A stretch of 64,000 nucleotides of DNA from Phallusia mammillata (taxonomy: Eukaryota). Each line of letters starts with the position of its first letter. Positions within the stretch are counted from its first letter, which is position 1. The notes beneath the pieces were generated by a model. It made no database searches. It was not told where the DNA came from and was given only the letters and a program-made list of their open reading frames with translations. Made by a program: the position numbers and the translations under genes. Location of the stretch: positions 8,866,001 to 8,930,000 of the forward strand of contig OZ281497.1 in assembly GCA_965637545.1 (NCBI GenBank). The letters run 5' to 3'. Shown here piece by piece: positions 26,188 to 36,645 of this stretch.

Positions 26188-26895
26188 ATGACACCGAATT
26201 GTGACGCACGTTTACTGCTACAACGTATATCCGCCCAACATAATGACGCGATGCCTTTTCTGAACCGAATCGTCAACTACAACGTCACAGTTGACCCATT
26301 GTATGAAACAGCTCAGTCAAGCATCGATAAATGCACAAAATGGGAAAATTTCAGACTTGGCGGAGCGTTGAAGAAAAACGGCGCATTTGTGTATGAAGAA
26401 ATTGGTTCAAAGCGAATTGCTTCAATGCTCATTCGCTCAGCTCACGACTGTCGCGCTCCAAATACTTCCCTGCTGTTGGAATATGCAAAATTAAAACCTG
26501 ACAATCTGGGAAATCCCCTCGATGCGATTCTGGAATTTACAGGGCAAGTAGCGAAGGAAACGTTGCAGGACGTAAGGACTAACCGGTATGTGTGTTTAAA
26601 GGCGCTGTATACCGACGAACACTTTGTGAGACAGGGTTTAGCCCGTTCTTTGTTGTATAACAATGAAGTATGGGCGCGTTATCAAGACTACGACACTGTT
26701 TTAGCCTTAAGTACCTCAAGACATTTGACTAGCTTGCTGGAAACCTCCGGTTATACTTTGCAAAGAAGTGAACAGTTGCCAAAATTTGCAGAAATGAGCA
26801 AGGTCAACCAGAGATGTGGAAAACCTGTTGTCAAATCCCAAGCATTTTTGTGTGTGTTTGTTAAACGTTTGTGTAGATTTATTCCCAAGCTTTGA
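26188..26895 (+). CDS. Second, divergent GNAT N-acyltransferase (AANAT-like), 235 aa, single coding exon
   Basis: Acceptor ends at 26148. YVCLKALYTDEHFVRQGLARSLL (motif A, RQGLA) and LSTSRHLTSLLETSGY parallel the upstream paralog; similar length. Confidence 0.68.
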   Translation: MTPNCDARLLLQRISAQHNDAMPFLNRIVNYNVTVDPLYETAQSSIDKCTKWENFRLGGALKKNGAFVYEEIGSKRIASMLIRSAHDCRAPNTSLLLEYAKLKPDNLGNPLDAILEFTGQVAKETLQDVRTNRYVCLKALYTDEHFVRQGLARSLLYNNEVWARYQDYDTVLALSTSRHLTSLLETSGYTLQRSEQLPKFAEMSKVNQRCGKPVVKSQAFLCVFVKRLCRFIPKL

Positions 26896-27885
26896 TGTAA
26901 AAGTGATGGATCGTTATTGAGCTATGAAAGGTTTTCTTGAGTCGAAAACCGCTTCATGTGACCAAAAACGTTTTTTATTTCTGTATTATTTCATATGCTG
27001 GGCCTTGAGCCAAAAAAGAGAAACATGACTTTTGATTTTAATACACGTCAATCTGCATTCTACGTATACATTGTCATATACATCATTTCTTTTTTTAATT
27101 TACTTTTTTATGGTTTGATTTTGTGCTCCTTTTCATCTGTTAATGCCATGGTAACAAATAATTGCTTTTACAACCTGGCGAATATACTTCACACCCTATT
27201 ATATGTGGATTATATTGTTTTCAACTGTCCAAACCAAAAAATCACTTTTGCAAAAGTTACATCATATTTGACACCTAAACCTAAATCCTTTGACCCAAAC
27301 TGATGTAAAGCATATTACATCGCAGATTACAAAGAGACTGTACAAAGCTAACTTCGTGGAAGTGCCGTTAGCTGCGATTTTTCCGTGAGGAAACACTAAA
27401 AAACAATATTTTGACATGCTCAAAGAAATAATATATTTGCACCGTAACGTAACATATCAACAGTGAACTTTCACGAAGAAACCTATGTCGACAGATAATT
27501 TGCAACAAACATAAAGAACAGTTTAGAAGCGTGTAGATTACAAATAAAACGAGAATTTAAACATGAATGCTGAATGTAACCAAAATCCAACACTGGTTAA
27601 ATTTAGGCAGAACCTTGCAACTGAGATGTATGGAAGCAAACCTTTGCCTGTTAGGTTCAATGATTGACTATACTGTTATGCCAGTGATTAATTTTGTGTT
27701 TTTAGTGCTTATGTGGTGTTCAACATTGGCAACAACTCAAGAACAGCAACAGCGCAAAAAATATTTCATCAACTTCGCTGGGCGAGACTTTGCTAAAGAA
27801 CAAAATACGCGTTGACAGCGGCAGGAAACGCGCATAACAAGTGCCTCAAATTTAATTACTCTATGACGTCATAAAAGGCGTTACG

Positions 27886-30800
27886 TCACATGTTGCTAGG
27901 GGTTTGTTCGCTGACAGATTCTGTTGATTCCTGGCCGCTGGCAGTGGCATTGTTTTTTGGTTCTTCAACTTCGCTCATTCCTTTCAGTTCAAGAATATCT
28001 AGAGTTTGTTGAATTCTCCTAACTGCTGCCTTCCTCCTGCTTCTGACGTCGTCTTCTCCAGGAGCACCACTAGCACTTACACCATCAAGTTGGATCAATT
28101 TTCTTGTAAGCATCTCCTCCAGTTTAAGATATGTTTTCTCTCCCTTATGTCCGTTGAATAGATCCACCTCTTTCTCAATAGTATCCAAGTCCTCCAATAC
28201 AGATTCGATTTTCTTTTTTGCCGCTGCAACACGATGGTCTTCTTCTGGAGCTGGTTGGGCGACCTTTTCCTCGGGTTTGGTTTGTCGGTTCGGTACTGGT
28301 GGCATAGAATCGCTTGATACTTGTTTCGTTTTCCCGTTTTGTGACGGTGATTTAGTGGATTTGGAAGACGATACGGTTTTTCCTGCTGATGGTATAGGTT
28401 GACCCGGCGATTGGTGAATCACTTGAATGGGAACAACTCTTTCCTTCGGTTGCTGGCTCTATATAAAAGAAATGATAATGTAAAAAACGAGCAACATCTA
28501 TTAATACCCATGTCTCAATGCAGTTACACACAGAAATGTAAAATGACTTAAAACAACAAAACAAACAGTCACACCATAACCGTTTGGTCAATGTATGCAA
28601 TCAGCACGCAACTAGGTGGGGTTACGAGGGCAATGTGACGGTACGTGACGTCACATCATAACAAGGTGTATTACATGCACGAGACAAAAAGGGTCAGCGC
28701 TCAAACCAGCGTAAAACAGCTGTCAGTGACTTAAAGCCTGCATAGGACGGACGTGAAATGGCGATGAAAGCCCATGGGACAGGAGACATGCTCAGTGACT
28801 GTGAAGTCATAATTGCGCGGCGACAATGACGCTTTTGACGTGGATCATTAAATTCAATATGATTTGGTAAAGGTAATGACATTAAGAGGCCATATAGGTT
28901 GGTTCTGCTTCGTTTGCATAAATCGAGTGTTTCTATTACATGCTTAAATGGGATACAAAAGGAAGTTTGCTGCTGAAAACGATGGTTTGGGTAAATCCTG
29001 TTGACGCAAAGGCAGTGACATGCATAGCAGTTATAAACAACAGGCAAATGACAGTGAAACCACTCGCAAGTCCCAAGCCAATCCAAGCCTGTTGAACCTC
29101 AATATTTGATGGTTCCGTTGACGTTTTTAACTCCACTGGCGAAAGCTCAGTCTCAAGTATGCCAGTCCCATCTTCAATAAAATCAGGGGGTGCATCTGGA
29201 CCATCTACAGATGTGTTGTCTTCAGGAGTTTCGTTCAAGGAAGCACCGTGACTAGATTTTTCCGGCGAAGGTGTAGTAATGCGATCAAACGGCACGGGAT
29301 CGCCTGGACTTTGCGCAGTAATACTAAGTTCGCCTTCTAAAGACTGATCGCTGGGAGAATCGGGTAAAAACGGAAGGGGTATGGCAGGGGGCGCATGGGG
29401 TATTGAAGAAGGGGTAACACAATCTGCCGTGGTACTAGAGACCGGGGTTTGCCTACGTGTGGGCTGTTCAATCATCACTGTAACAGGTTGCGGTTCGCAA
29501 ACATCAGGATAAACAAACTTCTCAGGCTCAAGCCCTACATGTTGCACTGGTATAGAAATACAACTATTTGGAGAACGTACTTGCGCAGGTCTTTGGTCTG
29601 ATGAGGAAAATTGCTGGTGCGATGGCTGTTGTTGCTGTTGTTGGTATTGATATTGCCCTGATTGGTGAGGATAAAATCCGGGCTGCTGCATCCTTGCATG
29701 TTGATACTGTGGCTGTGGTTGTGGCATATTTCGTGGATTATGTTGTCGTTGTTGTTGCCATTGCTGCTGAGATGGTGGCACCCGCTCGTGCTGAACTGGT
29801 ATCGTACGAGATTGCTTTGCTGTGTTCTGTACACAAGGGAATATAGGGTCAAGTTCGTTAAGCTAATAAAATCGTTTGCCTTTGCCAACTAAACGTATTG
29901 CGTATTTGCCACACGAAAGCAAAAATTTATTAAAAGTTTTCCAGTGTAAAAATGTTGTGTGCATGCTGGACAATAAACCTAAGTTTTAACACACATAGGG
30001 ACATGCAAAATTAACGATAATGACAGATTCGATTATCACCTAGCAAATTAGAGCCACAGTAATCTGAACATTTCTAACACTCTTTCGACTAAAATACCAA
30101 AGCGGTTACACTCAATTTTAAAGTAATCCTGAATCGCTAGCCGAATTTTGATACGCCTAAAGTGGTTGTGATAAATTCGAAAAACCCGTTTACTAATACT
30201 TTTGGAGTCTATAAAAGTTGACTGCAACGTTTGATGGTTAAGCTTGCCTAAACCTGTACATTATAACTCGCATTTTGTATTTGAGAAACAAAATGCTACT
30301 ACAGTCTAACATAGTCTAAAACACTAAAATTCAAATGCATTTATTGTCAAATTATAAACAAAACTGTTCACCGTACCATATTCCTTTCTTTATCCATTGG
30401 AACTGTTAACACTGGGCTTGGCGCTTGTTGCCTCTTCATAACATCAACGAACATAGCTAACAACCGCTCTCTTGAACTTAGTTTAGGCGAAAATTCGCTA
30501 TTCAATAATCGCTAAGCGTTCTTAAGGACTCGTCGAACAAATAACACTCTGCGACTGTAGGCTGTTTTTATAGCACGCTCGTTGTGACGTCACAGCGGAC
30601 CAGACGAGCCGAGATTATTCGAGAACTGCGGCGACTGTTTGAGCACATTCGACGTTCGTTAATCGCATTTTTTGGCTTGCAATGACTGGTGTTTGAAAAT
30701 AGTGGCTCTTTTGTACCGATCGGGCCTCAAAATTTTTCCTTTTGTATTTAGCGGATAGATAATTTTCTTTTAATAAACTGGCTAAATCAGACAACACATT

Positions 30801-31582
30801 ATTATTACATTTCGTTTTCTGGAAAGCTACATTATTAAAATTTTTATCTTCTGGTGGATCTGTTATTACCTGTCTTGCTAAAAAATGCATTTATGATGCT
30901 GGTTTCTGTCTACTGTTACTTCGCATTAAAAAAATGAAAAGATCGTAATTTTTTGTTTATTTCTAAAACTGTGCAATAAGTGTCCAAGCAACTAACCACT
31001 TTCTACATTATAAATGCAATTATTTTACACAAAAACAGACTTACCTTAGATTTACACAAAAACAGACTTACCTTAGGAGGCCTTGGGTCAGTCCAGGTTG
31101 TTGTCCTCGAGTTGTGGTCAATAAAGAATGGCCATTTAGAATTGTCATCTATTCGCATCTCCCAACCTGCAGTTTTATTAATTTGCTATGAACATACCAA
31201 TCCATAAAAACAGCAGCTTACATTTGTGTCAAAAAAATTATTTAGATTTATGAAAAACATTAAGTCAGTTGTTCCAAAGGCTTTATGAGATATATGACTC
31301 CCTAACAGCAAGCATAGCAAATCATATTGATGCAACTGTATGCATTAAGTATTACAAATATAATACATGTAAGATTCCTCAGTAATTATAAGCAGGTTAG
31401 TTTCACATGTATTTTAGAATACGTAGGGCTAACATTTAATTTAGTAGGAAACCTTATTGATTTTCCACAGGATTCATTGTTTTATATACAATATCTACCT
31501 TTACATCAAACACACCTGGCGGTAAAGGTTCATCCAATCGTAGATCAGGCGGTTTGGGAAATCCTGATTGAAATTGTGACAT
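27886..31582 (-). CDS. BAG3: BAG family chaperone regulator 3-like (WW + IPV motifs + Pro-rich + BAG domain)
   Basis: Exons 31582-31516 (MSQF...DEPLPP), 31166-31072 ([31 protein letters not shown]), 29826-29098 (RTIPVQH, ISIPVQH, PxxP; the 29098 donor is inferred) and 28458-27886 (VVPIQV; BAG domain [10 protein letters not shown]...[18 protein letters not shown]...[20 protein letters not shown]). Phases are consistent. Confidence 0.9.
30377..30454 (-). CDS. BAG3: Alternative first coding exon of BAG3 ([26 protein letters not shown]) giving a WW-less isoform
   Basis: ATG-initiated 78-nt exon ending ATG|GTACGG, phase 0, compatible with the acceptor at 29826. TATA and CRE motifs lie upstream. 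Confidence 0.55.
30565..30592 (-). promoter_or_regulatory. Candidate internal BAG3 promoter: CRE palindrome TGACGTCA (30585-30592) plus TATAAAAA (30572-30565)
   Basis: Both motifs read directly, about 110-140 nt upstream of the alternative ATG at 30454. Confidence 0.5.
31024..31076. repeat. 27-bp tandem duplication of the BAG3 WW-exon splice donor
   Basis: TTTACACAAAAACAGACTTACCTTAG occurs twice, giving CTAAG|GTAAGT twice on the minus strand. Confidence 0.9.
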
Positions 31583-31880
31583 AGCAACAGAAATCAATAT
31601 TCAGTATATTTTAAGCCAATGCCCAAGTATTTTTTTGTTATAAAACAGGATAATTTACTTGTAAAATTAGTGCCAACACCTGTAAAGTGTCAAATATTAG
31701 AAAAGTGAATGCATTTCAATATTGGCAGCTTATATTGTGCAATTAAAAAACACACAAATATGATTGTGTAAAATTAAATGTAAATGGGCAAAATCGGTGA
31801 AATGCAATAAACTCTTGTCACTCACAGTGCTAAACACATAGTGTACAAAAAGCAAACATTGAAAAGTGTACTAAAACTTG

Positions 31881-34800
31881 CTACTTTGTGGCTGATTGTA
31901 GATCCTGAATTTCCTCCTCAAGTGTATTGATTTTCTCATTTCTCTGAACTGTGGCCGCTGCAATAATCTGCTGGGCCTGTTTGAATGACATGTACTGTAT
32001 GTCACGTACCAAAATATCTGGTGATGCTGTGGCAAGTTTGTGAAGATTGTGATATCCTAGTTTGTGCAATTGCTTAGCTCTAGCAAGCTTCACACCAGGA
32101 ATTTCCATCAACATTGTCAGTTCTGGTGAAGTACTAAACTGCAAGGATTTCATTACTCTTTCAAAAAGTGCTGTATATGGCCAAAACTTTTCTACTTCTT
32201 CAGTAAAATGCAAAGTGCTTGAGGCAAAAGCAACTGTGCTTGATAACAAGTTTTGAAGAAAACCTCTTGGCTGATTAAACTGTGAGGCAACATCCCATAT
32301 CGAGCGACCTTTGTACAGCTGGTACAGCATGATTGTAACATAAAACCGTCTAAACACCAGTTCATTAACTTTGGTCTTTCTCAAATTTCTGCCTGATGCT
32401 TTAAGTGCAATATAATGTTCAGAAATCCCCACAGCAGACGCTGCTTTGACATCACCAGGGGAAAAATTATTCATTTCATTTAAGTACATCAGCCAGTTAG
32501 GGTCAACAGAGTGTGCTGCTTCATAAGGGGTCACGAGGTATAATAAATGGAAATAATTCTCCAAGACTAAGCCATGCAGCCCATGTTCCAAGTCATGAAA
32601 TAGTAACTCACTTATGTTAATATCCACGGAACCTTTATGCACAGCACAACCTATAGTGGATATCTCTAAAGCACCATCATCTGTTTGGGACACAAGGTTC
32701 AGTTCCAGTAGTTCCTTCAATGAATTGTCAACAATACTACTGATAACATTGCTTGATTTCTCACCAATAGCATCCAACATACCAGGTGACGCCTGTTTTA
32801 TCGTGGACACCTGCTTTGAAAACAGTGTATGTTGAAAATAGTCACACACATCAGACTGGCTTTTAACCACTCTAAGACCAATTAGGTTTAGCAGAAGTGC
32901 TTTGAAACCTTTGCCATTGTCATACATCATGCTGCTTAAACACATCTCAATGTGTCCACTTAACAAATGTTTCACCTTTTCTTTGTCTCTGTTGTCAAAT
33001 ATTAAGAAACTTTCACCTTTTGTGTCAATACCAGCTCTGCCGGCACGACCAATCATTTGTTTGTATTGTGCACAGGTCATAAATGAACGACCAACATATG
33101 GTGAGCGGATAATGACCCTTCTAGCTGGTAAGTTGACTCCTGCAGCTAGGGTAGATGTGCATGTAATTACAGATATCGCACCACTTCTGTACGCATTTTC
33201 AATTAGTTGCCTTTCATCAGATGTTAAACCACTGTGGTGATAGGCAATACCATAGGGAATAGTACCTTGCAAAATCGGACATATAACACCATCAGATTGT
33301 AAATACATTTCATTCAAAAGTGTCATTTTTTCCTTTTCTTTGTGTGTAAAAAATGTTTTAGGCAATAGCTTACAAATTAATACTGCAACATTCTCACAAT
33401 TCTTTTTCGTTGGACAAAACACAAGGCAAGAATGGTCAGGCACAACTTCTTTTATTAACGTAGACAACTGATCAGAATCAGCTTTTTCAGTTTCCTTTGT
33501 CTCCGAAAATATAGTGCGGACATGTGTCAGTTCTTCTCCAGCCCTTAACTTGTTGCTATCTACCTCATAGATATGATTGTCCACTTTAACATATTCAGAT
33601 AATTCTACAGGCCTGAAATCATCAGTAAATGTCTGTGCATTCAGAAAAGATGCCAGTTCATCAATATTTCCAATTGTAGCAGACATGCCTACAATCTGAC
33701 TGTCAGGATTTTGATGTATGACCTTTGTTAACATAGATTCCAATGTAGCACCGCGCTTTCCACCTTCCCCTAGCATATGCAACTCATCAACAACATACAA
33801 ACCTATTTCCTCCAGCCTTTGCTCATCAATAAGTGAGTTTACCAATGAGTTGGCTTTTTCCATAGTGCAAATGTAAAGCACATTTTTAGATCGCCTTTTT
33901 CTTGGAGGGAACCTGCCTTTGCTACCAGCATATTCTTCAACAAGAAAATCACACTCCATAGCGAATAATGCAATACTTTGAACCTTTTCTTGAGCTATAG
34001 CAACAAATGGAACGACCAAAACTGCATTTTTATGTTTACACAATATAGTCCGCATTATCAATATTTCAGCTACTAAAGTTTTTCCACCACTGGTAGGCAA
34101 GGAGTAAATTAGGTTTTGACCTGAGGTTACACCATCCATTGACAAGCACTTGTGTTGCCAATCATACAATGTATCAATTCCCCTTGAAGATTTTAAAAGC
34201 TCTTTCACTCTCTTTGGCAAACCATAAAAATCTTCCTCATTGTGCGTCAATTGGTTGTCATGTTTTTTTATTGGTTTAATCATTGGCGAAACCTGTGCAT
34301 TGTTTTGCAACTTTTGCCTTATTCGATCTGACAAGTTTGATATAACTTTTGTATTTTTTGGAGTGGAGGTCGACATATTCTCAAACAGTTTTTCGGCAAA
34401 AGGTGATGATGCTTCTGTGTGTTTGCTTTTAATGTTATTACTTGTTTCAGTTGAATCAACTTGTGTCAAAACTGTAGCCTGTTCTTCAGCTTGAGGAGCA
34501 AAACATTGCTTCTCCAGTAATGATAAATCAACATTGTCAAACACAGAGTCTTGTAGTATGCTCATTTCATGACTGGAATTGCACAGTTTGTTATGTTTTG
34601 TTCCTTCATCACTTCCTGTTTCCATAAAGTAATCTACATCATTTTCATTCTGTTCAAACAATGAAGGTGACCCAGATCTGGCAAGATTGTTTTTTGATAC
34701 TGTTTTGCTTTCTTGTTTTGGGGAAAGTGAAGATTTACTGTTAACAAGTGGCACTGTGGCTTTGCTTTTCATGTCATTGCTGAATATTTCTACACTGCTA

Positions 34801-34883
34801 TTAGAGTCTAGCAATGAGAGCTGAGTCAGACTTGATTTTCTTCGCTTTTTACTGAGACGCTTTGGGGTGTTTCTTGTCTTCAT
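31881..34883 (-). CDS. HELQ: Helicase POLQ-like (HEL308), 1000 aa, intronless
   Basis: Single ORF with SF2 motifs SLPTSGGKT, VVDELHML, GMSATIGN, AYHHSGL, TSTLAAGVNLPARRV, QMIGRAGRAG and C-terminal HhH (EIPGVKLARAKQL). No polymerase domain, so HELQ rather than POLQ. Confidence 0.95.
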   Translation of the reverse strand: MKTRNTPKRLSKKRRKSSLTQLSLLDSNSSVEIFSNDMKSKATVPLVNSKSSLSPKQESKTVSKNNLARSGSPSLFEQNENDVDYFMETGSDEGTKHNKLCNSSHEMSILQDSVFDNVDLSLLEKQCFAPQAEEQATVLTQVDSTETSNNIKSKHTEASSPFAEKLFENMSTSTPKNTKVISNLSDRIRQKLQNNAQVSPMIKPIKKHDNQLTHNEEDFYGLPKRVKELLKSSRGIDTLYDWQHKCLSMDGVTSGQNLIYSLPTSGGKTLVAEILIMRTILCKHKNAVLVVPFVAIAQEKVQSIALFAMECDFLVEEYAGSKGRFPPRKRRSKNVLYICTMEKANSLVNSLIDEQRLEEIGLYVVDELHMLGEGGKRGATLESMLTKVIHQNPDSQIVGMSATIGNIDELASFLNAQTFTDDFRPVELSEYVKVDNHIYEVDSNKLRAGEELTHVRTIFSETKETEKADSDQLSTLIKEVVPDHSCLVFCPTKKNCENVAVLICKLLPKTFFTHKEKEKMTLLNEMYLQSDGVICPILQGTIPYGIAYHHSGLTSDERQLIENAYRSGAISVITCTSTLAAGVNLPARRVIIRSPYVGRSFMTCAQYKQMIGRAGRAGIDTKGESFLIFDNRDKEKVKHLLSGHIEMCLSSMMYDNGKGFKALLLNLIGLRVVKSQSDVCDYFQHTLFSKQVSTIKQASPGMLDAIGEKSSNVISSIVDNSLKELLELNLVSQTDDGALEISTIGCAVHKGSVDINISELLFHDLEHGLHGLVLENYFHLLYLVTPYEAAHSVDPNWLMYLNEMNNFSPGDVKAASAVGISEHYIALKASGRNLRKTKVNELVFRRFYVTIMLYQLYKGRSIWDVASQFNQPRGFLQNLLSSTVAFASSTLHFTEEVEKFWPYTALFERVMKSLQFSTSPELTMLMEIPGVKLARAKQLHKLGYHNLHKLATASPDILVRDIQYMSFKQAQQIIAAATVQRNEKINTLEEEIQDLQSATK

Positions 34884-35674
34884 TTTAATTTAAATTTTAA
34901 ATCAGTTCATGACATCAACAGTGTAAATTCATATCATATCATTATCATTGTCTCAAATCTCAATAAAATCAACTAAAAAGTGTGACACTAAAGTTTAATG
35001 GCAGAATAGCAAAACATGTGTTTGCCTTCTTCTATTGCTTAGGCTGCAACCGGACAGTGCGGACACCGGAGAGGACTATGGCTCAAATAGTCTAGAGTAA
35101 AATGTTATGACATTTATACCGAAAAACAATAATTACATAAAATATTAAACAAGCACGGTTTCGTATTTAGGAACTCACACGACTTAGATTTGAAATTAAT
35201 GCCAGATTAACTCAAATGTACATGTACTCTGCAGAGTTCGTTGCAATGGCATTCCCGAACTTTCTTTCAGGTTTTAGTTTTTACAGTCGGACTCAAACGA
35301 CAAATGACTCGATCAGCAATTTTTGTGGACTCATGTTAAAAAAGGATGGAAGATGATACAGCTAACTTGGTTGATTTCTATTAATTCTATTGGAATCATT
35401 ATTCAATTTTATTATTTGTTGTTGGTTTTGATTTGATTATTTCGAAATGGTCTTCAATGCGAGGTTTATCACTTGAAATTAACAATAAACACATAAAGAA
35501 ACGGCGAAAAGTAGTTCTGCTTTTTATCCGGGAAAGTGATGTTTAAAGTTTAACTGTTCTCTTTTTTAACTATATTATTTTCATTTCTCTTTACATTTTA
35601 TAAACGGCAAGAATTTTATCTGTGCCATAGATATGTAGTATCTTTGCCTGTATCCTTGCATGGAGTGAGGCAAT

Positions 35675-36219
35675 GGGCCACTCTAAAATACGCAATCTAC
35701 GCAAGCTATACGCAATCTATATCCCGTTTCCATGGCCGTTGGTCCGATCGGACTTTTCCGCTATTTCAGTCCGATCGGACGCAATAAGGAATGACTCAGC
35801 AATTTTTTCAGCGTTTTCGCGGACTTCCTCGCGAGGAGGTCCGATGGGACTTTTAAAAGTCCGATCGGACCAACGGCCATGGAAACGGGATATAAGATGT
35901 TGACGGTTAGTGCTATTAGGGTCAGGGTGACGGTTTGTGATACAATTAACTTTATAATTTAATTTCAGATGCGTTTCAGGTCTAATTTTCTCTACAAGTG
36001 TTAACATGCGGTACCATACAGTGTTTAGTACCACTCTCAACACATATGAGAATATTAAGCCCAAACTGGACATCTAAAACTAAATTATAGTGTTAATTTT
36101 ATTATAAACCCTCACCCAGACCCTAAAAGCCCTAACCGTCAACATTTTTTAAAGGTTGCATACGTTTTATAAGCAGATTGCGTACAGATTGCGTAGATTG
36201 CGTATTTGTAGAGGAGCCC
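35675..36219. mobile_element. MITE with GGGC(C/T)(A/C)CTCTA..ATACGCAAT termini (545 bp), with a nested palindromic element
   Basis: TIRs of about 30 bp; 8-bp TSD GAGGCAAT (35667-35674, 36220-36227); degenerate TTAGGG-like inverted motifs inside. Confidence 0.88.
35718..35893. mobile_element. Small nested fold-back element (near-perfect ~38-bp TIRs ATATCCCGTTTCCATGGCCGTTGGTCCGATCGGACTTT)
   Basis: Inverted copies at about 35718-35756 and 35855-35893, flanked by TA/ATAT. Superfamily ambiguous. Confidence 0.75.
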
Positions 36220-36645
36220 GAGGCAATTCCCTCACTGCTCACTCTATGTTTTCCGCTTGAGTAATTTGCGGCACATTTTGTTTTCTTTGCGTTAATTTGC
36301 CAAAATTACTGATTTTGTGTTGAGTGTTGGCAAGGACACGGTTTTTCAGTTTTACTGTTTTCTTGAGCCAGTGACACAACATACCTCTATTTTTCGGTTT
36401 GTCGCAACTACCGTACGTGATCGAAAGCAACCATTGTAATTGACGGTAATTAAAAGTTAAAACTAATAAATACCGATCGACCCAGTTAAAATGCAAGTGT
36501 AAGTTACGAATAGGATATTGTTTGAAATCTTAGTGTATTTAAATAATAAACTATTTCAACACACTGTCTTTGCTCAGTTGCTATTGCTAGCCGTCCTTGA
36601 TCGTAATTTCTGTAGTGCATTCACTGCATTGGCCATTGGTGTTCC

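Noticed and set aside
30700-30830. Heat-shock elements upstream of the BAG3 internal promoter
   Set aside because: Only isolated two-unit TTCnnGAA matches, not the three-unit arrays needed for HSF binding.
32062-34494. Plus-strand ORFs within HELQ; likewise antisense ORFs in BAG3, ATG4, GNAT and SLCO exons
   Set aside because: Antisense shadows of real coding sequence.
35673-36073. ORFs 35673-35903 (+) and 35717-36073 (-)
   Set aside because: They lie within a palindromic MITE.
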